From NCBI GenBank assembly GCA_040954595.2, contig CM082587.2, forward strand, positions 1,013,400-1,077,399: DNA of 64,000 nt, read 5' to 3'. This DNA comes from Balanoglossus misakiensis. Lineage: Eukaryota; Animalia; Hemichordata. Shown here in pieces: positions 40,129 to 58,216 of the stretch (positions are counted from its first letter, which is position 1; the number at the start of each line of letters is the position of its first letter). Under the pieces are notes generated by a model. That model saw only the letters and a program-made list of their open reading frames with translations. It had not been told where the DNA came from and made no database searches. Both the position numbers and the translations under genes were made by a program.

Positions 40129-42604
40129 AGGTGATGTGGTTGCCATGGAAATATATGATAAGGATGAAAGTGAATGGATGTAGTAACCATGACAAACTAT
40201 GGAGGAGTGTTACACCCTGGAGCAGTGCAGGAGGAATTGTTGCATTGTCACTTTGATTGCTTGTAACAAGACCTGCTCCTTTGAAGACACAAGTCTGATA
40301 CTATGGCAACAAGAGACCCTTGCTGGTTACCATAGGAGACCCTTCACTCTCAACATAACGCATGTCGATAGACTTCACTACCAGCTGACTATTTACACAA
40401 TCTATGTATTAAGTATTTACAAATAAACCCCACAAATGACAAACAAAACAAGGTATAAAAGCTGAAACTTTTTTCTCAAAATATGAATGTTTTGGTAGTG
40501 AAACAGTCATCGTTTTTCTGTTGGATTATAGTTTTGTGTTTCTTGTAATACAAGGGTTGCAAAACGTTGTTCGAAGAGTACATGAGCTGGCTGATTGTTG
40601 CCAAATATGCTGAGCAGAAGCTAAATTTCCCCCAAAAGTTTTATGTGCAGTTTTGAAACAGAAAGACTACAAATACAGCAAGTCTGCCTAGTTTAAGGAA
40701 GTGTAAAACTTATCAGGAACATGACCCTCTCACCCCCAATGCTTAGTGGAAGGGTCCAGCCACGCCATTGATAACAATGTGGGTTGAACCAAATTTTGAT
40801 GGTGACAGGATTAATGAGTTTAGCCTTTGAGGAAGTAAGTTGTCTTGCTGTTTGATATTTCAATTTGAGGAAAACTGCTCTATTTAAATCTAGGGGAAAA
40901 TGTCTGAAGTGAGAAAATTTGGGGAAGAGGGATGTGCAAAAAGAATGTTAAAAACTTAATTCTCAGGGTTTTATATTATGCAGTTTGAGTACCTGAACCA
41001 GTTTCTCTGTCGCTTGGCAACATGCATGTTTGTTCCTTCCTGAAATTTTAAAAAATATGTTTTATTATAAATGCGCGTTTAACTGTGCCACACACACGCA
41101 CACACACTGGCATGGATGCAGAATTTTGTGTGATTTCCAGGTGAAACAGTTTGCTCACTTTGAGCACAAGTTATGTAAATAGGTTGTATATTTTACTATG
41201 AAATTTAAATGCAGTTATCTGGGGAATATTCTTCCCTATGTATAATCCCACACAGCATATTAATAAACTTCTGTCTACCACACTGTGTCAGTGTGTGTTG
41301 TCTTTTGAGTATCTCCCTTTGTTTGGTTCATATTTTGAAAGTGTGAACTTGAAGTTGTCTTCCCATACACATGGTCTCCAAGAAACATACACAGACCACC
41401 AATGTAATATATACATATTTTTATTTGCATAACTTTGATTTTATCAAAATTTATACTCACAATACAAAAACAGAAAATATACACTAAATATTTATGGACG
41501 TTGCTTCATAGGGCACAAGTACATTATTTCATACTTTATTATTAGTAAGTAAAAGGAAAGAAATGTTTTTGTGATATACCAGAAATTTATTTCAATGTTA
41601 TTATAAAGATCCTCATACCTTTATCTATGCTAATATATTAAGTTAAGTGAACTACAATAGATCAAAGTCAGATACGATCCTATTTAAACAATACCATCAC
41701 CATTTTCTTCATGCAGATCCATATTGAAAACAAAAGGGATGAACAATGAAGTCACATGGCGGCACTCATGTAAGTAATCACTCTAAGTTTGTTTGATGTA
41801 TCTTTTGTGTCAATTTTGAGTAGTATACCTCATTTGCAACTTGATCAGCTCCAATTACAGCTAAGTAGATATAGTCATCAAAAAGTACTCCCCAAGTATT
41901 CCTGATTTTACATGATAAGGCAGCTGGAATTTTTCAGTTTTATTTGAACATATGTACCAAGATACAAAAATTAAATAAAATCTCTATACAAAGTAATACC
42001 TGAATATAAGGGATATTTAGTTTTTCCCAACATTTTGATCATACCAAAAACAAGCACACAATAATACTGAATTTCAAAAGACTACAAAAACTTACAAGAA
42101 AACAGCAACTTACAAATGAGTAAGAGAAGATAAGGCTCCTGGTAATTTAAGAATTTGGCAAAATTAGCACCTAACTCTATTCCTATTAGAGGATGTTTAA
42201 TATACATTCTTAAATGTTTTTGTCTTTCCAGAACTACTGGTTGTAATCTACTATTAGAAAGGCAAATGATGTCATCACAGTCAGTGTATTTACAAATGAT
42301 GTCATCAATGTCTGTGTATCATACCCTTTGATGTCATCACTGCTAGTTCATACACAAAGAAGACAGGACACGCTATTATTTGATCTGTAAGTATAAAATG
42401 ATGGTTGCCTGGTTGGCTGTGTTGATAGATTGGAAGGCAAGGCACACACACTGAATCAAAAACATCTCAAAAAGTCATATTTACAGATTTCAGATATTGA
42501 TTTTGTGATTAAATTTTGTTCCCAGAAATGGATGTGTGAGGAGTCAGGTCAAAAGAGCACTGCATTCTGGGATAGCAGCACCTAACCAGGTTCAAGATTC
42601 ATCT

Positions 42605-45600
42605 TTAGAGATAGGCGCCATTTTGGTGTGCTTCTTTGGCTGTGTCCCGAACAGTCTGCAATTGTTCATCTATCCTTCGACGTCTCTCTTCATTCACTCG
42701 CAGTCGTTCCTGAAGATGTGACATGCTGTAAAAAGGTCAGATTGTATCACCCTTATTAATTATACACTCCTATTCTATGATTCAGACATTGCTGATGCAT
42801 TCAGAACAGTTGCAACAAAAAGAACTTCACATGTACTTACTATTCTTCAGGTGTCATATTAGCAGCCGGTGAGGGGGTCTTCATAAATGAGGGAGTCATC
42901 AGAGGTTTCTTCTGTTCGAATTGTTCTCGCTGTGTTTTCACAGGTGAACTTGCGGTGTTCGTTGTTCCACCACTGCTGCCGTATCCCGTAACACTACTGG
43001 CATAGCCAGCACCACTGCTGTAGCCAGTATCTGTCAACAAAATTAAATACATAATGAAACTGCCTGGCTTTCATTACTTGTGTGATACACAGTGTAATAT
43101 ACAAGACAACACAGTGTGGTAAACTACATGAAATTCAATTAATGGCCTGATGTATTTACCTTGTGTTGATAAATCATCCCGGTTGAGTTGTGGCTGTGAA
43201 CTTGCTCTGAACAGTCCACCACGGTACATTGGCCTTGACAATGAATCTGGTGGAGAAACCCTGGGAAGCGGTAATGACTTGGCAGGTGAACTTGGCATAG
43301 AATAGGAGACATAGGGGGCCCTTCCTTGAGCGTAGGTGCCCCTAGCACCGGTCAATGTTGGCACTTCTGGAGGCGAGTATTTCATCTTGGAGGGACTGTT
43401 GCTAACGGAGGAGGTCATCTCTTGATTGGCCTGGTCGAGCAAAGACTGGAATGTCCCTGGGTGGCTTTGGAATCTCTCTGGACTAGCAACGGTTTGGAAT
43501 TCATCCGGACTTCTCTGCAGAGGGTCTTGGAATGGGTTGTCTGTTCCATCACTCGCCCATCCCTGTGCATGTGACTGCTTGGGCACCACCAGATCTCCTG
43601 CCCGGCCGTGCGACACTGGGAATCTGCTGTACGTGTGTGGAGGTTTGAGGAAGTCTCTGGTCATGTTGACCGATCCTGCGTCACTCTGGAACTCTTCCAC
43701 GCCCGACAGATTCAGATTTGACTGTTCTGCAAGTGAGAATTCAGAGGCACTTCTACGTAGGTTGGTGCTGGGAGATCCCTTGATTGGCAACATTGGTCCT
43801 AATGCTGGTAGAAGTTGTGGCATGCCTTGCCTAGAACTGCTACCAACACTGGGAAAGGGTTGATTTGAAGCGGATGATGGAGGGGCCCACTCACGATTCC
43901 GAACACCAAATGTTGCTCTCTCGTACCCGGAGATTTTAGCATTGAGTCTGGCAACTTCAGCTTCCTGAAAAGAAACCAGAACAATTTCTATCAATGTTTC
44001 TAACAAGATAAAGTTTCTGACTTTTCTATAGCCAGCAGTAGTATCATAGAACAAAAACAACCAAATTAAATCAAAATAGACAACAGTAATACCTTAATGA
44101 CGATAGCTTCATTGGCGGCATCGATCACTTCCTGTCTAGCACGCAGCTCGTTCTCCAGACTCGTAATTTTGTCATCCACTGTCTCTACATGCTGTTTCAT
44201 GTGTTTCTCCTTCTCTTCATACTGCTGCAGTTGTAACCTGTGGTTTGTCTCTGTGCTGTTTTTGGACGCCACCAATGAGGCATGGCTCTCTTGTAAGCTG
44301 GACACCTGTCCAATACAATGAAAAACACCAATCAACAATAGCGCAAAACCAGATATTGATCCAACAGACAAGTATCAAGCCTTTTACTGTTCTACCCCAT
44401 TTCCATGTAATCTGGTCCAATATAACCTTAAAAAACAATAAAGTTGGACCACACTGTGGCAGTGAGAGGGAGATCAAGTCTAGTAGAGTACCCACCTCTA
44501 CTTCTTTCTGTTTCATGTCCAGTTCATGTTGATGTTTCAGGTGTTGCAATTCCGCCATGAACCTTGACTCAGCAGATGCCTCTCTTGCTCGGCTAATTCC
44601 CAATTCTTCAGCCATCTTGGTGCAGTCTGTTTCTTTACTACGACAGATCTGGATGGTCTCTTCTAGTTCCCGTGCAACACGATCCTAAAAAAATCATCTG
44701 TTGCTGTAATTTTGACTTTTTAGATGTTCACATGAAATCAACAGTGCCCTCAACGGTCTATGATCACATACTGCAGCACCCATAACATGGTGACTTGCAC
44801 ATATGCCAGAACTTAGATGGGGAGTTAGTTTGTAATCCTTACGTGTTCTCTGTTTGCCTGAGACAGTTGTTTCTTGAGATCTGCAAGTTCAAGATGTTGT
44901 CTCTGCATCTGTTCTCTGGTCAGTCTCAATTGCTGGCACTGTTCCAACTCATCTTCTCGCTGACTGTCAACCTTTGAATTCAAATCCTGGATTTTCTAAG
45001 AAATGTATGAAGCACAGATAAAGCAATGAGTCAAATTTAGTTGGCCAATGACAGCACAACAGAACAACACAAAACTATTCTCCATGATATTCTTTGACAA
45101 ATTGTCTCCATATTCCTTACCCTTTCCAGGTCCGATATTTTGTTCACTTTCTGGCTGAGTTCATTCTTGTGTCTCTGAATATTTTGTTCCAATTGCTGCA
45201 TCTGTAGAGATTTCTCCTTTTCTTTGTCTCTCTGCTGTTGCAACTTGTCGTCTAAATCAGCAATCTGAAAAATATATGTGGATATTCTAATCATTCTAGG
45301 TTATGATATCTCTCACACACACTTACTGGCCCCCTTTCACCACCAAAATTCAGGATGATAAGAAAACAATTTCCCAATCTCACCTGTTTGGCACGTTCTT
45401 TGAGTTCCAACTGACTCTTATTCAATTGTCCTTCCAGTTTCATCACCTTCTGTTCCATCTCACTCCGATGTTCCTTCATAGTCATGTCCAGCTGAGTAAC
45501 CTGAGCTGCTCGTTGTTTCAACTCCCATTGTCTCTCTTTCAATGCATGATCCAAGTCTGTCAGCTCCCTGTCGCGATTCATCAATTCTGTGTTGGCTTCT

Positions 45601-48600
45601 CTGTGTAGAGAGAAGAAAGAAAGAAATGATTGAAGACAAACAAACACAGTGGGAAAGTAATTGTATGTCCCTGAAGATTTACGAGATGCAAAATCTTAAA
45701 TCTTAAGTTCAGATTTTCACTCACTTGAGATTTTGATCCAGTTCAGAAATCTTGTCATCTTTCCTCTCGATGTCCATTTTACTATTTTGCAACAATCTCT
45801 GATACTCTTCCAGTTGCTGCATGGCTTCCTGCAAATCTCCTCCAGCTCTCCTCATCTCTCCGTCAAGCTGAGTGGAGCGTTTCTGGTGAAGATGTAACTC
45901 CTCTTCCATGTGGTGCAGTCTTTCTTCCAACTCTTTCACTGAGAGGTGAAAAAAATACAAAGCAGAAATAAAGATTGGAAAATAACACTGTCTTCCAATC
46001 AGAACTCGTTTAACATCCACCAAAAATCCATTCAGACCCAATCTTATGTCTTGACTCACCTCTGAGTGTCTTCTGCTCTAACTGGACCTTAGTGTCTTGA
46101 AGAAGTGCATCGATCTGAGCCAGATGCTTCGTCTTGCTGTCATTATCATTGTGTGTCAGTTGAAGCTGCTTCTCCAGTTCATTTATCTGCGTTGAAGATT
46201 TCTGCAAATCTGTCTGCATTTCACTGGAGAAGAAAAGATGAAGTTTGAACTTTGACCTCAGTGTGTACTTCTGTAGCCTGGTATGTTGGGTGTATGATAA
46301 GTTTAGAAAATGTGATTTGTCTACTCACTTCAGTGTCATGGAGAGTTCTTCCACTTGTCCGGTTCGTTGTTCCAGATCGAGACAAGCTTGATGGAGTTTC
46401 TTTTCCATATTTTCAGATTCCTGCATGGCTGTGCTGGTGCTCTTGTTGAGTTCTTTCTCCAACTGTGAAACCTGTCAGTCAATCAGACCATGTATGATCT
46501 TATCATTTCTGTTTAACATACTCCCTTAAAGAGAAGTGGTTTCACCCCCTGAGTTAGACAACCATGTCACAGAATATAACAACACTAATATACCAGAACC
46601 TCACCTGCTGTTGTAGCTGCGTCTGGCAATCTTCCAGATCACCGATTCGACCGGTGCTCTGTTGTAACATTTGTTGTCTTTCATGCAACGTCTGCTGCAA
46701 TTCTAAGATTTGATTTTCTCTCTCATTCAGATCTTGTCTGGATTGCTTCAACAGCTTATCCAGTCTCCTGACCTGTGATAGTGTGAATAAAACAACAGCA
46801 TTCATTGATGATGGTCCTAGCATCGATGTTATGATCAGGAACATTAGCTTGATGTCAGGCTTACTACCAGGTAATTCTGATATAGTTCTTCTTCCAAGGG
46901 TCTTGATTACTGGTATTTACATAGAATTATATGTAATCAATCACATAGAAAAATTCATATGAAACTGATTCACTCACCTCCTCATTTTTCTTGTCTAGTT
47001 GCCTTTCATGTCTGTCCCTGGTTTCATCTAATTGGTCTATGTACAGTTTGAGTTCTTCTTTACAAACAACCAATGCTGATTCTAACTGAGACACCTTAGC
47101 TGTGCCCTCATTGGCTTTCATCTGCAATGCATGCCATGCCTGGTCATGTTCCTTCATCTTATTGGTCAGTTCCTGTGGGGCAGACAATAGAACTTTCAGC
47201 ATGAGCCAATCAATCACTTTGGTACTGTCAATTTCAATGTCGGCACATTTAGATCTTATTCTTCAATGGTTGCAATACTTACATGTCTGCAATCATTTAA
47301 AGCTTTGTCCAGATGTTCAATCCTGGATGTTTTCATGGATAGCTCACTCTGAAGCGTTGCCATGGAGCTCTCCATTTCCTGTAACTGACGATTCTTCTCC
47401 TCACACCGTTGCTGAAGCTGAATCAAAGAAAATATAGTGAACAGTCCAGTAAGTGTCTGTCACATGGCTTTGCTGTCATGACAAAAACTATGCGAACACA
47501 AGCTCTTTGTTCAACAAGAATACTGTGGCACACACAACGTGACCTCATGACCTCACCATTTCTATCTGTTGTTCCAACTCTTTGCAGTGTTCCATGTGTA
47601 AACCTTTGATTTTCTCAACCATGGATGTCGCTTGTTGGAACTCCTCCGACTTGTCATCCATCTGGCCTCTGATATTTCCCAACTCTGTCGTCTTTTCACG
47701 GAGTGCCTGTTCCAGTTCAGTCAGTCGGTTTGCATGTAACTTATAAGCCGCCACCTTCTCATCTAATTGTTTCTCTAACTGCATAATCTGGCTGTCCTTC
47801 TTCCTGCCCTGAAAAATTCATGACACATGCAAGAGTTTAATATCGACAGCATGTAATAGCTTCTTCTGCGTTTCTCCAGTATTTTGTTACAAAATCACGT
47901 CACATGGCTTTAGACAGTACACAGAAAATCTGGTAAGTAGATCTGATGATGGTAAGTGATAAGTTGAACCTTACCTCTCTCTCAAGACTGATGACCTTTT
48001 CACACTTCTCGTAGACATCTTTCTGCAGATCTGTGATTTGACTGTTGCACTGGTTCACTCTGGATTCCAGTGAGGTGGCAAAGGTTTCTTTTTCGCTGAG
48101 TTTTCCTTCCAACTCCAAAACTTCCGACGCTTGTTTTCCTCGGTCTTCTTCAAGTCTGTTGATGATTTCTTCGAGTTCTTGAGACTTCCTTTCCCCTTGA
48201 AAACACAACATACCAAATTTCAGAACCAAATTAAGACAAATTTTACCAAAGTGAAATGTAAAGCAGCTGCCAATCATTACCACTGTACTTACCCATTTTA
48301 CTTTTCTCCACTACAGCCATCAGCTCATTTCTGAGGCCACCCATCTGTGTCTCGCCATTCTCCAGTGTTATATCTCTGTGTCTTTGCGTCTGCAGTCTCT
48401 GAATCTCTGCTTCCTTCATGGCTAGTTTCATCCTGAAGTAAGAGTCAACAACAACATTCTGAGTCCCATGTCTAAACTATTCCAGATAGGGTAAGTCTTC
48501 ACTATCCTTAATCTGAGGAAGTAAGACATCAATGACACAGACTTTTGACTTACTTCAGTTCTGCAATGATGGCCCTGCCACTGCTGCTGTTCATGGATAA

Positions 48601-51600
48601 GTTGAGATCTCCATCCTCGTTGAATATCTGACTTGAACTGAGTGCATCCGCATGAGAAGTGACACTTCTTGTTGGACTCCTTGTTGGACTGCTGGACATT
48701 GTCGGTCGGAATTCATGGTGTTTTACTGTGCTGGTCGTACTTAGACCACTGTCAGAACCCTAGGGGGCACACACACAAAGAACAAGTCATTATCAATGAC
48801 ACAGTCCCCACTGGTAGGGTTAGCTCTTTCACTTGTGTGATTTTCATATTCTGTAGCCTCTGCAAATATCTAGATCTGTCGTTACTATTATTAAGACAAG
48901 AGTCTGGAAGCATATGTCTGCATAAATGAAAAAATTAGAAACACATACCATTGATGTAGCTAAAGCCTTCCCATGTATTTGCTGGGCAAGTGATTCCATA
49001 GTTTTCAGCTCAGCATGGCTCTGATCAAGATCCCTCTGGCATTGTGCCAGCCTGTCACCTTGTCGTCTGCTGAGATCTTGTAGTTCCGTGCATTCTCTGG
49101 CTTTGGTTTCCAACTGTCTGGTCAGGTGACCGACATCCCTCGACTTCTTGTCCATATCAATCTCTAGTTCTGTTATTTTCTGAGCTTGTCTGGAGATTTG
49201 AGTCCTGAACTCAATATTCATGGTGTCACTGTCAGACTTACTCAGATTTACAATAGAGCGTTCATCTTGTAGTCTCCTAGCAACAGACACAGAAGCACAT
49301 CACCGTAACATTAGCATAAGTGACGTAAGTCTTGATGAGTTTTGCTTTAAATTATTTTTCACTGCAAAGGCAATTAATTTAAAAGGTTCTTCTCAAGGCT
49401 GTACATATTAATTATGTGCTTGCACACAAAAAGTTTTAATTTCAGCTGCAATTTTATGCAAATATCAAAATTATTCGGTTCAAAACTCACCTGATCTCAC
49501 TCTTCACAGCGATCAGCTCGGCTTCAAGAGAAGAGGCTTGGTTGAGTAATTCTTCCCGTTCTTTGTCACAGTGCAGTAAACTGTCTCTCAGATGCTCTTC
49601 ATTCTCTTGGTGCTGCAACCATGTAATTAGAGTACAGATATCACTTACAAACATACTGAGGTCAAATTACAGAATGTGAAGGTCGTGACACATGAGTTTG
49701 GTTCAAAGGGAGTATATGTGCCTTATGGTTACTCAACATACCTATAATGAGTCATTTATGAAGGAAAATATTTCACATATTTTGATTGACAAGTATGAGA
49801 ACTTCCACTCTCCAAGAAACACACCTTTTTGAGTTTCTCTTTGGTTTTGTTTCTAAATTCTGCTAGCTGGTCGTTCAGTTCTTCTAAATTCTGCAACGCT
49901 TCGTCTTTCTGGTTTTCATTCCTGAAAGGATGAATTAATAAGACAAAAAAGTGGTACACACATATATAATAAAAATGGTGTCCCCAATAAATCACGTTCT
50001 GTGTGTATAAACTCTAACAACTGTACCTTTTTCTCTGCTGTTTTTCATCAAGTAACTCAGACCTGGCCTGTTTCAGCTCTTCTCTGGTCTTCCGTAAGTT
50101 TGTGTCTCTTTCCGAGAGATCTCTTTGACATTCGTGAAGTGCAGCCTCTGCATTCCTGTGTGATGGGAAAACAGATTGCAAGAAAACATAACATTTTCAT
50201 CTCATGTCCGTTTCACTACTTTGAGATTTTGCATTTATGTTGTACAAAGGTATGTTCCAGAGAATACTAGTACCTATGTCATCCCCCTTTTATGAATGAG
50301 TGAATTATTTGTATACCTGAGAGCTTTGTCTTGAGCTGTTATTTCTGATTCAAAACTGCTCAACTTTTCTTCCAAATTTGGCTCATTTTCTTTGAAGGCT
50401 TCCAGTTCTAGAGACAGCATTTTCACCTGAAGTAAGAAAAATGAAACATTCAATCAATCAATTAATTGAACAATAATTGAATAGCTAAAGGAGGTTTTCC
50501 ACCACCAGATGTGCTAAAATTATTATTCATAAACAAATTTGAATAGCACCGACTCACCTGGTTATCCTTTGACATCAGCACACATTCTGCATTTTCTAAT
50601 TGATTCATCAGTTCATGATTTTGTCCAATCAGTCGACTATTCTCATCACGCAGCGTATGCAGTTTCTTTCTGAGGACATCATCATACTCACTGCCACTGA
50701 CTGAGGTATAGGAGGATGTTCTTGAACTTGGCTGCTGTGGATGGAGAGATGTACAGACTGTGTTACAGAAATCAGTGATTCCATTTAGAGGTATAAAGAC
50801 AACTGTATAAATCTAGCCACAGATACCATTGTTATTGTTGACAGGTGAATTCAAGGTGGTTATACTCTTACCATTGTAAATCCCTGTCTGATATTCCCAT
50901 AAGATGAAGCATTTGCCATCATTCCTTGAACTCTCCCATGTCCATTCATTTTTCCAACTGCTCCTTCACTGGCAGTATCGGATATCAGATCTTCCATGGA
51001 TATTCCATATTGCTCAGATTGGGAAGACTCCTCGTCAGTCTGTTGATAAACTCTACCAGCACTGGAAATAAAATCAGAGACATAAGTAATCTACTAGACA
51101 TTCCTCTACTATTCCAACACACACAGGCCATGTCCTACATCAGGGTCAAGATGCTTCATACAGAGGTCACTGTAAACAACTGGCTATTATATGATTTTAG
51201 AAATCAAGACTCATTTTGATTACCCTATTTAGGTACCGGTAATAAAAAAAAGTAAATGAGAAAAACAGGATGTGAGAAAGAATACTAACTGTCCCAAGTA
51301 ATGTTTGATTTTTAAATGAAAAAAGTAAAGAATTTACAAGGTGCTGGAACTTTAAATTAGACAAATAAAATTTACTATATGCCATTACTAAACCTTAATC
51401 ACCTATAAACTGCATGAAAAACATTGATCTCATAAGAAATCTAACAACAAAATTAAATCTGTGATTGTATTTTCCAGGCACTGACTATTGTGAATAGAAA
51501 CCTGAGAGAAAAATAACTGAACGAGTGAATAAGTCTAAACAAGCGACAAACCCAAGCTTGGCACTGGGCCAAACTGAATAGTTTCATAGCTTGGCCTTGC

Positions 51601-53492
51601 TTTGAGACACAGAAGTTGTGAAATGTGCATGTACACATTTCAGTGACTTACAAATGTTGATTTCCAAGCGAACACGTTCATCTCACTGAGAAACTTGCCT
51701 GAAATATGTTGTCCTCTTGCAAAAGTCAAGAGATGAACTGAGCACTGTAGAAAAGCAAAGCTTCTAACAGTTGTGAAAAGAAACCAACTGCTTCCAGGTG
51801 ACTGAAATATCTTAAGCCTTTTTAAAAAAAAGTCGGTTGCTGACCGCGGCATGTTAGAAATATCACCCACCTTGTCTGTTCAGCCGCTTGGCCAGGATAG
51901 TGCAAAGGGCAGTGATACATGGCTCAAGAATGGGTGTATCTATTTCCCTTACTTGGTGTAATTAAACCCTTCATGTCGAACAACTGAACAGCTGTGTACA
52001 AGGTAAGACTGGAATACTATCAGGCTTGCATTGTTGCATAGTAACAATGAAGGGAGGGGCTTACAATGACTGACATTTTGCTGTAAATTGATTACTTCAA
52101 ATCACAGAGGAATAAAAGACAAATAAAATACAAACTCCCAAATTACGCTCTGATAAAAAATAACATGTAACAGTGTGCTGTGATCTGTTAGCAACTAGAA
52201 GTGGTACATTCAAAATGTAAATAAGAAACATGACATAACATGTTTCTAACTTGACAAAGTAAACTGTTGTGCAAACTTTTTTTAATGAGATTCTGAAGTC
52301 TTAATAACAACATGATATCAGAGATGTTATGAATATATTTTTGTAATCTAAATTGTTATTTTTGAGCAAATTATGAAATGACCAATACAGTGGAACATGA
52401 GAGACTTTGACTTGGTTGGCAGTGGAACTTGTTCTGACATGTTGACAAGTCACCAGAGAAACATGTGTTATGAAGCTACAGTCAAGTTTTTGTTGAATTA
52501 AATCTTAAAAGCTTTTGAAGTGACCTTAATTCTATTTCCTTACATTCGCTTGGTGTATAAAACTATCTGGTGCCAACATACAGAGTATTTTGGGAATGCA
52601 GATTATGGGTGGCTTAAAATAACAGGATAAAATACATATGACTTCAAGCAGTAAATCACAAGAATAAAATATTGGCGAATCTTTCAACAGATATTTTCTT
52701 ATTGTACTGAAGAGTGAATTTTCTCCAATGTCACCTCACCACTAACATTTATAACCACTTCTGCATCAACCCACCTTCCACTTCTACCCAGTGTTGGTTG
52801 ATCTGACTTTAGCTTTCTCTGTGTTTTTCTTCACATTATACTACACAACACCCGTATCCCTGACAGTCTATCACCAAACTAAGCAAGAGAATCTAACTGT
52901 CCATTACTTTGATGGAACTAATAAAGTCCAGACACTTTCCCTATTTGACAATAGCTTCAACAACACACCTGACACAAGAAACTGACTTCATTGATCCTTA
53001 CAGTGTCAAGGTACAATGTAGGTAACAGCAATAAAATTATATCCTTCTCATTTACAAAAGCAGCTCTACAACATTTTTCTTTATATTTTCTACTCTGTCT
53101 GAAGTTATTACAAAATCAATTTTGTTTCCAGTGAGACAGATGAAAGCCAGAACAAGGTACCTCTATATTTTCATTTAGATTTTTTATTAATGAAACACCA
53201 TAGTCTATGGCCTAACTTCATGAACTTCGTTTTTTTTTTTTTAACATCCCACCCCTGAGGGCGCTCTTACCCGAAATATAACACACAGACCTGTACGCAG
53301 GGTTAGGTACCACTGTGTTTGACAGTGCTAATACTGCACCCGAAGATTATTGTTGATCGCTAAATATTTACAAAGAAATTACCTTCTCCTGTCTAGCGTT
53401 GAAATGATTTTTAGGTTCCTTTCCGCTTGAGGTCTTCGTCTATAATTGCCGAAAGTATTCCTTATTAACGCACTATCGTCTTCAGATGACAT
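42605..53492 (-). CDS. CCDC18: Coiled-coil domain-containing protein 18-like, more than 20 exons
   Basis: Run of Q/E/K/L-rich coiled-coil exons with GT-AG boundaries; [40 protein letters not shown] and [14 protein letters not shown] resemble vertebrate CCDC18 as recalled; last exon [24 protein letters not shown]...stop at 42605; first coding exon [12 protein letters not shown] at 53492 is less certain. Confidence 0.82.
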
Positions 53493-54289
53493 GTTAGAAC
53501 CTGTACAATTTCTTGAATCTTCGAACAGCAGCCGATCTCTCGTTTCTCAGCTAATGCTTATGAGTAATTCCTTGTACGTTGAATATATTCCACGTTACAT
53601 CAGATCACCAGTACGAACGAATCTTACACCGATTGTTCGTTTACAGCCGTGATGTCGATTTGTCAAAAACCAATGGCAATGAATCAAAGCATCGACTCGA
53701 CACTTCCGATTGCAGAGACGATGAGGTCAAATCACACCGATTAGTGGTTTCTAACACCCTCTCGACTCGAAGAAGAAAGTCAAAGTCGGCGTTTTACCAA
53801 GATCCACGGAGAAAACTGCGATCGTCAAACGTATTCAGTAGAGATCTGCTTCTTGATTCAACAAGTCGAGATCGGAACCGGCCAATGTTGTGGTCGCCAT
53901 TTTGGTTTTTAGAACTTTATTTTGAAACCGCCACCAGATTTGATTGGACAATAATTATCACATGGTAATTGAGGTTAAAGGTTACACCAAGTTGACCTAC
54001 CTGGCTTGTGCTGTTTGTTGACAAAACTTAGTCTACTCGCGCATTGACAAGAAACAGAAGTTGGAATAAATGCAATTTATTTCGACCACAGTGACGACAA
54101 TCTTGATACGTCATTTTCTGCATGAAAGACATTAAATAATTACAATATACAGTCAAAATTCCACATCCGGGTATCATTCTGAGTCCACGTCTGAGCATGC
54201 GCTCATGTCGTCGGTCTTTTCGCAGCTCTCAGCCTCTAGCCGAAGCTACCTGTACAGTCCTCAAACTTTGAGGACTGGAAAAAGTCATT
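53493..54289. promoter_or_regulatory. Divergent CCDC18/RPL5 promoter region with TCT/5'TOP start
   Basis: Pyrimidine tract gtCTTTTC at about 54216 upstream of the RPL5 ATG; palindrome-like tgagcatgcgctca at about 54192; YY1-like cgccatttt at about 53896 (another, aagatggcg, at about 54436 in RPL5 intron 1). Confidence 0.6.
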
Positions 54290-57717
<3,428 letters not shown>

Positions 57718-57824
57718 ATAATTATTAAAGACTTGAATATTTCCACCTGTCACAGAATGAAATAAAAACAAAAAATGACATGCAAATAAAATGTGTATGT
57801 GTCCTGTGTATTACTGTCCAGGTG

Positions 57825-58216
57825 AAAATTGGAAATTTCACGATTTTTTAAAGTTTTCATGGGTTATAGCTCATGAAAATCATCAAAGTCCGACAATTTT
57901 TTGATTCCGCCAAATTCGGAAATTTCACGATTTTTTGAACTTTTCATGGGTTATAGCTCATGAAAATCATCAAAATCCGACAATTTTTCGATTACGCCAA
58001 ATTCGGAAATTTCATTATTTTTTGAAGTTTTCATGGGTTATAGCTCATGAAAATCACCAAAATCCGACAATTTTTTGATTCCGCCAAATTTGGAAATTTC
58101 ACGTTTTTTAAAAGTTTTCATGGGTTACAGCTCATGAACATCAAAATCCGACAATTTTTTGATTCCGCCAAATTTGGAAATTTCACGTTTTTTAAAAGTT
58201 TTCATGGGTTATAGCT
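57825..58216. repeat. About 4.5 diverged 84-87-bp satellite units inverted relative to the main array
   Basis: Unit catgggttatagctcatgaaaatcatcaaaatccgacaattttttgattccgccaaattcggaaatttcacgattttttgaagtttt aligns end to end with the reverse complement of the main 87-bp unit. Confidence 0.9.
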
